Positions 54,870-64,000 of a stretch of 64,000 nucleotides of DNA are shown in pieces; within the stretch, counting starts at the first letter, position 1, and every line of letters begins with the position of its first letter. Under the pieces are notes generated by a model. It made no database searches, was not told where the DNA came from, and was given only the letters and a program-made list of their open reading frames with translations. The stretch spans positions 54,312,001-54,376,000 of the forward strand of contig OX597818.1 of assembly GCA_951406725.2 (NCBI GenBank), read 5' to 3'. The translations under genes were made by a program, and so were the position numbers. This stretch comes from Octopus vulgaris. Its lineage: Eukaryota.

Positions 54870-55500
54870 AGAAAGGGAGGAATTTCGATTATCCCTACGT
54901 GGTGAGTTGTAATATAAACAAGAAATTAAAGAAGCAAAATCCCCACACTTTACATAGGTTTAATATAATTTTTAATATATCTTATATTGTGTTTGTCAAC
55001 CGGTTTAGCTTTCGCTAATCATGACATTGAAACTTATTTAGATACTTTTTTTTTTACAAAATTTTTTTTGTCCATGTGTGTGGAATTTATGAATGATTCA
55101 AGAAGTAGAAAAATCTACGGGGAGGTAATTATTAATATGTTGGACGGGAGAGATAGTTGTTCATCTTTCGGTGGTGGTGGGGAAATATATATATGCACAA
55201 AATTTCAAAAACTAGAGTAGTGGGAAGAAATATGTACAGTGATGTGTATGTGACCGTGAATTCAAATATGTATCGAGATTAAAGTTGGTTATGCTTTCAT
55301 ATTTAGACCTGTTCTATATTTTTCAATGAATGGATTTTCTTTATTTAAACGTCCTTGTATAGAAATTGTATCTTTGCACTAGTAGAAGGGGAAAGCTGAA
55401 ATTTGGTTTGGTGTTACCCGATCTGGACTTACCTTCTTTCATTTCTTGGATAACCGGGTGTAGAGCTCAATATACATCTGCATCATGACGAAGAGTCCGT
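54870..55500 (-). mobile_element. Possible Penelope-like element 3' remnant
   Basis: RLNKENPFIEKYRTGLN resembles the C-terminus of a GIY-YIG domain. A decayed hammerhead-like motif lies at 54994-55026. Confidence 0.4.
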
Positions 55501-55700
55501 CGAGTACAGAATTGCAAGAAGAAAATGAGATGACAAAAGAATAAAGAATTATCTTATGAACTGCAGAAACTTACAGTCGTTTCTGCTATCAGATGCAATG
55601 GACTGATAGCTGAGTACGGGACTAACACCTTATAGCTTCATCGGAGAGAGCGAGGAAGGAAGAGAGCGAGTGAGAGAGAAAGAAAAAAGGAAGAAGAAGA

Positions 55701-55750
<50 letters not shown>

Positions 55751-57046
55751 TATGGTGCATAAATACAGTGAGCGTTGCCAGATAAAAGTATGTGAATGCA
55801 GTCGTTTTGTTGGCTTGTGTTGACGGGTAGTCGGTGGCCACCTCGCTGCACTGGAGTGTTTTCTTTGAATGTTTTCTCTTCTTCCTTTTGCAGGTGCAAA
55901 TAAGTACTGTCTCGATTCCTAGGATTCACGTGTCGGGTTAGCCGATTCCACAGCGTTTCAGTAACCGAAATCGCAACATTCGTCCTCAAAAGGATTCAAG
56001 TCCGTCACAGGGTTACTCATTTACGACCGAGTGGACTGACACAATAAGAAATGAAGTGTTTTTCTCAGTAACACCACACACTGCCCGGTCCTAGAATCGA
56101 AACCATGATTTTGAACTCGTGGGTACAACTAACTAACCGCTTGGCCACGCACTCCCGCTCCAGTCTTTATATCTATCAAAGATTCTCTTTTATCTCGAGT
56201 TTTTCTAAAGATCGTATATCCACTGTATTCTCTGTTTTTACTTTTGAATTGATCAAGATTTCAGAGGAAACATTCCACGGTTACAATTTGGTCGAAGAGA
56301 TTCCTGTCAAGAACTGAGGAATGGCTCTTAATTTCCAAGCCCTGCATGAATTTATCCTGGGACATTATCTTAGCAGTGTAAATAGAAACATTATTTCCAA
56401 TCTTGTATTAGTCAGCAATGATATGTTGCGCAGCTGTTGTTAAATTTATCGCTAGTTCTTGAGCATGGTTCTTCAGCTTTGCAATTTTAACAAAGTCTTA
56501 GTCATCGTATTATTGGCTATCTTTGACTCTTGAATCGTAGCTCAATCTGCGCCTGCAACATTTGGCTGAAAAATTCTTTACTTTGCAGCCGGCGTAAGGT
56601 GTTGTTAATTAGGTAAATCAATCGGAAAAAAAGTGAAATTGTTAACAGGTTATAAACGTAAGTGCAGTAGTGGTGACTGGTGAGAAACTGAAGAAATGTC
56701 GATGTAGCATTCAAACAACTCTGAAATAACAGCCAACCGTGTTAAGAATTGATTGACCGTATAAAGCGATGTAGTCTTAATAAAAATAACGAAAAATGAT
56801 TTTCATGGTTACAATGTAATTTTATTATAAGTCCAATGGACAACAATTGAACAAGGAAATAATAGTTTCTGCCATTAATGTTAAGAAGTAAAATCAAATT
56901 CCCAATGTTATCAGTTCTCTGTCATATGTTACTGAATAAATTTTGATGAACATAAAAACAATATTACAATCAAACAAAATAAGTTCTCAGAAAAGAACTG
57001 GAAACGGAGAAGTAGAAATATCAAGGTTATATATATATATGTGTGT

Positions 57047-57100
<54 letters not shown>

Positions 57101-57771
57101 CATTAATATTAAGAATAAATCGAATTATCAATGTTATACTTTTACAGCATTCTAATTATTTCAGCGAAAATGTTCGTAAAGGCAAAGATTTAGTAAAGTA
57201 GCAGAGTTTAGTAAATTTCATGTTTTATCAGTGTTATAATGGAAACTTTGCAAAGTCGTGTTATCATCCTCAACAGTAGAATGATAAGTTTACAAAGGAC
57301 CGGCTGCAAGGCTCACTCTCAAATATTACAGGAAATAAATGTTGATGTACGCAAAAAATATTACTATTAAACGAAATACCAAGTTCTGACAACAGAACAG
57401 TAAACGGGGAAAAAAGCTTATGTATGTACGTATGTATGTATGTATGTATGTATGTATGTATGTATGTATGTATGTATGTATGTATGTATGTATGTATGTA
57501 TGTATGTATGTATGTATGTATGTATGTATGCATGTATGTATGTATGTACGTATGCATGTATGTATGTATGTATGTATGTATGCATGTATGTATGTACGTA
57601 TGTATGTATACATGCATGTATGTATGTATGTATGTATGTATGTATGTATGTATGTATGTGTGCATGCATGTATACATATATTAATAGCGATAGAATATAT
57701 GGTTATTGACATTTTGTCTTTTTTAGGCATTTTTGGCATTAGAATTTCTTTTTGCCCTTGCTTATGAGTTG

Positions 57772-57832
<61 letters not shown>

Positions 57833-57838
<6 letters not shown>

Positions 57839-58838
57839 GGTAAATAATTTTCCTGTGGTTTTTCATGTAACCAACAATTATTTACCGGTAAATTTCGGTA
57901 TGTAAATACGACAAAATAATTGTCAAGACCTTTGTAAGATTCAGTATATAGTAAAGAAAAATAAGTTGGCTAGCAGCAAGCTGTTTCGCCTCATACCGAA
58001 GGAATTAGAAATGGCAGTCAAAGACCGTTTTTTCAATTTCTATAAGTGGAGATTCCAAAAACGAAGGCCCTTGCGGCTCACATACACAAAACCGGAGTGG
58101 CAAATATACGAATTCAGTCACTTACCGTTAATAGCGAACACGGTGTTTCTGGATCACAAACATATAAAAAAAGGGGAGTTTGAATTCCGTCATCAGCGCT
58201 ATATTCGTTAGCTTTATCAAATGCCACCAGCCCTCACTTCTGACCCAGCGACATCAGATAGTGGGGGGAAGTGCGTAGATGTTAAAACCAAGTAATGACT
58301 GGGAACGTAAATTTTCCCTCCAAAATTCTGCCATGCGCGCCTTCTGGGTAATCGTAATGGAATGAGGAATCCACATGGTAATACAATAAAAATGGTAAAT
58401 AATTTTCCTGTGGTTTTTCATGTAACCAACAATTATTTACCGGTAAATTTCGGTATGTAAATACGACAAAATAATTGTCAAGACCTTTGTAAGGTTCAGT
58501 ATATAGTAAAGAAAAATAAGTTGGCTAGCAGCAAGCTGTTTCGCCTCATACCGAAGGAATTAGAAATGGCAGTCAAAGACCGTTTTTTCAATTTCTATAA
58601 GTGGAGATTCCAAAAACGAAGGCCCTTGCGGCTCACATACACAAAACCGGAGTGGCAAATATACGAATTCAGTCACTTACCGTTAATAGCGAACACGGTG
58701 TTTCTAGATCACAAACATATAAAAAAAGGGGAGTTTGAATTCCGTCATCAGCGCTATATTCGTTAGCTTTATCAAATGCCACCAGCCCTCACTTCTGACC
58801 CAGCGACATCAGATAGTGGGGGGAAGTGCGTAGATGTT
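57833..58838 (-). mobile_element. 1.8 tandem copies of a 555-bp retrozyme-like unit
   Basis: Unit starts at 57833 and 58388; abuts (TA)n; absent from the paralogous site at 63264-63333. Confidence 0.92.
58131..58202 (-). ncRNA. Type I hammerhead, canonical core
   Basis: atagcg-CTGATGA-c-gga..caaac...gtttg..tcc-a-GAAA-cac-c-gtg-TT-cgctat; second copy at 58686-58757. Confidence 0.85.
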
Positions 58839-58873
58839 GGGGAGATTGGGATAACGTATATTAAACGAAGATT

Positions 58874-59739
58874 TTACGTGTAAAAGTGTAGTTCTTTTGT
58901 TAACATGCTCACAATGCAAGGAACCTGTTTCATTCCATTCCAAGACGAATCGCTGGCATTAGACTCATATTCATAGGCAACGCTACTATTTACTGAAAGC
59001 ATTAATTGTTGCAGTTCAAGTTTGTCTCCGTCTCTTTCCAAAATGTGGGCTAACGACTGAATAAACCACGATCCATTAGTGGAACTTCTCCAGGAGTAAA
59101 ATCCAGGGACAGTGGAATAAGCCAGAAGAAAGTCGGCCCAAACTGGTACTTTGTGTGATGTGACATTTTGATATTTGTCTCTAACAGCTTGAGCATCATG
59201 CATAATTACGCCACTGTCCAGTTTTGTTCCCCGACAGGCTTGTATGAAGAATAGTTTTGGCTTACCTATTAAGCTCGGACATCTATCAGGAAGCAACATC
59301 TCTACTAAAGTATCCAGATTTACTTTGCCATCCGTGCCATAAATCTGGTTATCGTCTTCACCGTGAGTTAATATAACACAAACGAAGCAATTATACTTCG
59401 TATAGTCCATCCGGATATATCCGTAAAGATATGCGTCATCGCTTTCACTGATAAATTCTTGCGTTCGATCACCTTAAAATGCAATGACTTCAAAGCCTTT
59501 TTAATTGCTGATGCATCTCTGTCGGATCCTTCTCGATTAGAATTTTCTATCGATTTGTCAAACTTTTCGTTATTTATTATTAAAGCCAGGTTCTCTTTGT
59601 TACGATCCATGTCATATCTGGCATTTACAGATTCGCTATTTTTTTCAACAGACTCCATTTCAACATCTTGAGGTTGTGAATCGGGATCTCTCTCATTAAA
59701 AAATATACCTTCAACACGTTGTGCATCTACGTAGTCCAT
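58874..59739 (-). pseudogene. Caspase-3/7-like, copy 3, 1-nt frameshift at ~59412
   Basis: ORFs 59368-59739 and 58874-59410 together give a full caspase. One base is missing relative to copies 1, 2 and 4 (a sequencing error is possible). Confidence 0.8.
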
Positions 59740-60408
59740 GGTTGAGCGGAATATCTATAAAGCAGCCGAAATGTAGCAGTACAACTTTAAGCCGTGAAAT
59801 ATTGTTGCAAAAATTGAGGAACGGAAAATAGCGATATATTACCTCGGTTTTTCCCTTTGTTCAGCTCAGAAATAGCGGTTAAATTGATCCTGATGTTGCG
59901 GATAACACATGCGATTATTCAAAAAATATTAATTAATATAAGATAAGAATATGTAGGATAAAAGATGTAGTTTGATGAACGTACTCCTGGGTTTAATCAA
60001 TATTTAAATGCTGAGATCAGTTGATAATTAAGCAAATGTCCACATAGAACTTGATACTAAAAAGACAGTCCGCTGAGTGTCAATTTCACTGACGATGGGC
60101 GTGATTCTACAATAGTCACTCAACGCAAGACTACTTCTGCGTCTTATTTATTTTCTATGCTATATATATGATATTATCTGTGTCATATGTTATGCTTCAA
60201 TAATCATGGTTACGTATGAACCAATGAGAGATGACAAGGAAGTTTTCTATGCAATTTCCAAGAAAGAAATAACACAAATATTTTCTGAGAAAACGATATA
60301 AAATCAGTTCTAGATTTTTGTTCAGTCATATAACGAAACTGAACACACACACACACACTCACACACATATTTATCTCTTTATATAGATATGTACATATAT
60401 AACATACA

Positions 60409-60449
<41 letters not shown>

Positions 60450-60601
60450 ACGCACGCATACTTATCTCTTTATATAGATATGTACATATATAACATACAC
60501 ACACAAGAACACAAGCACAGACACACACACAGGTGCACACACACACACACATACACACAGCCGCACACACACACATACACACATACATACCTCAAGCGTT
60601 G

Positions 60602-62141
<1,540 letters not shown>

Positions 62142-62460
62142 GCAAATAAGAAAATGAAGGCGATTATTATTATTATTATTATCTTTTTTATTATACCAAT
62201 AAAAAAGATGAGGACAAAATAACGAAAAAAGATGTTCATGTTTACAATGTAATTTTATTATAAGTCCAATGGACAACAATTGAACAAGGAAATAATAGTT
62301 TCTGCCATTAATATTAAGAAGTAAAATCAAATTACCAATGTTTTCAGTTCTCTGTCATATGTTACTGAATAAATTTTGATGAACATAAAAACAATATTAC
62401 AATCAAACAAAATAAGTTCTCAGAAAAGAACTGAAAACGGAGAAGTAGAAATATCAAGGT

Positions 62461-62503
<43 letters not shown>

Positions 62504-62893
62504 TTGTGTGTGTGCCATTAGTATTAAGATTAAACCGAATAATGAATGTTATACTTTTACAGCATTCTAATTATTTCAGCGAAAATGTTCGTAAAGGCAA
62601 AGATTTAGTAAAGTAGCAGAGTTTAGTAAATTTCATGTTTTATCAGTGTTATAATGGAAACTTTGCAAAGTCGTGTTATCATCCTCAACAGTAGAATGAT
62701 AAGTTTACAAAGGACCGGCTGCAAGGCTCACTCTCAAATATTACAGGAAATAAATGTTGATGTACGCAAAAAATATTACTATTAAAAAAAATACCAAGTT
62801 CTGACAACAGAACAGTAAACGGGGAAAAAAGCTTATGTATGTATGTATGTATGTATGTATGTGTGTATGTATGTATGTATGTATGTATGTATG

Positions 62894-62925
<32 letters not shown>

Positions 62926-63261
62926 GATGTATGCATGTACGTATGTATGTATGTATGTATGTATGTATGTATGTATGTATGCATGTATGTATGCATGCAT
63001 GCATGCATGCATGTATATATGTATACATGCATGTATGTATGTATGTTTGTATGTATGTATGTATGCATGTATGTATGTACGTATGTATGTATACATGCAT
63101 GTATATATGTATTTATGTATGCATGTATGTATGTATGTATGTATGTGTGCATGCATGTATACAAACATTAATAGCGATAGAATATATGGTTATTGACATT
63201 TTATCTTTTTTAGGCATTTTTGGCATTAGAATTTCTTTTTGCCCTTGCTTATAAGTTGCTT

Positions 63262-63328
<67 letters not shown>

Positions 63329-63367
63329 TTGAGGGGAGATTGGGATAACGTATATTAAACGAAGATT

Positions 63368-64000
63368 TTACGTGTAAAAGTGTAGTTCTTTTGTTAACAT
63401 GCTCACAATGCAAGGAACCTGTTTCATTCCATTCCAAGACGAATCGCTGGCATTAGACTCATATTCATAGGCAACGCTACTATTTACTGAAAGCATTAAT
63501 TGTTGCAGTTCAAGTTTGTCTCCGTCTCTTTCCAAAATGTGGGCTAACGACTGAATAAACCACGATCCATTAGTGGAACTTCTCCAGGAGTAAAATCCAG
63601 GGACAGTGGAATAAGCCAGAAGAAAGTCGGCCCAAACTGGTACTTTGTGTGATGTGACATTTTGATATTTGTCTCTAACAGCTTGAGCATCATGCATAAT
63701 TACGCCACTGTCCAGTTTTGTTCCCCGACAGGCTTGTATGAAGAATAGTTTTGGCTTACCTATTAAGCTCGGACATCTATCAGGAAGCAACATCTCTACT
63801 AAAGTATCCAGACTTACTTTGCCATCAGTGCCATAAATCTGGTTATCGTCTTCACCGTGAGTTAATATAACACAAACGAAGCAATTATGCTTCGCATGGT
63901 TATCCTTGGATATATCCGTGAAGATTTGCGTCATCTGTTTCACTGACAAATTCTTGCGGACGATCACCTTAAAATGCAATGACTTCAAAGCCTTTTTAAT
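63368..64000 (-). CDS. Caspase-3/7-like, copy 4 (5' part outside the window)
   Basis: Open frame with LTHG, QACRG, IMHD|A and YSWRS..GSWF. Confidence 0.9.
   Translation of the reverse strand: MKKALKSLHFKVIVRKNLSVKQMTQIFTDISKDNHAKHNCFVCVILTHGEDDNQIYGTDGKVSLDTLVEMLLPDRCPSLIGKPKLFFIQACRGTKLDSGVIMHDAQAVRDKYQNVTSHKVPVWADFLLAYSTVPGFYSWRSSTNGSWFIQSLAHILERDGDKLELQQLMLSVNSSVAYEYESNASDSSWNGMKQVPCIVSMLTKELHFYT

Noticed and set aside
55568-55620. Hairpin followed by GAAAcgactgTA on the minus strand
   Set aside because: No CUGANGA-like box upstream.
57966-58766. Repeated 81-aa ORF (MASSKLF...)
   Set aside because: It starts at TTG, is antisense to the hammerhead, has no recognisable domain and is identical only because of the tandem duplication.

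Overview
Repeat-rich eukaryotic DNA, most likely octopus/cephalopod (inferred from the SINE types and the very dense (TA)n/(TACA)n/(CA)n microsatellites). The only host genes are four minus-strand caspase-3/7-like copies with intron-free CDSs: one canonical, one with a substrate-pocket Arg-to-Glu change, one frameshifted and one cut by the window end. They lie among decayed RTE, CR1-like and R4/Dong-like LINEs, mariner/Tc1 elements, non-autonomous Helitrons, a MITE and tRNA-derived SINEs. The main unexplained signal is a set of non-coding elements with ~350-560 bp units in tandem or head-to-head arrays, each unit carrying a type I hammerhead ribozyme motif and ending in (TA)n tracts. These look like microsatellite-targeting retrozymes or Penelope-like termini. 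Several have variant cores (U3-A8, U4C, U6), and two begin exactly at the predicted cleavage site. One array has inserted in sense orientation just after the stop codon of the frameshifted caspase, while its paralogue shows the empty site. Most ORF-track entries are microsatellite artefacts. All ribozyme folds were read by eye; none was computed or tested.
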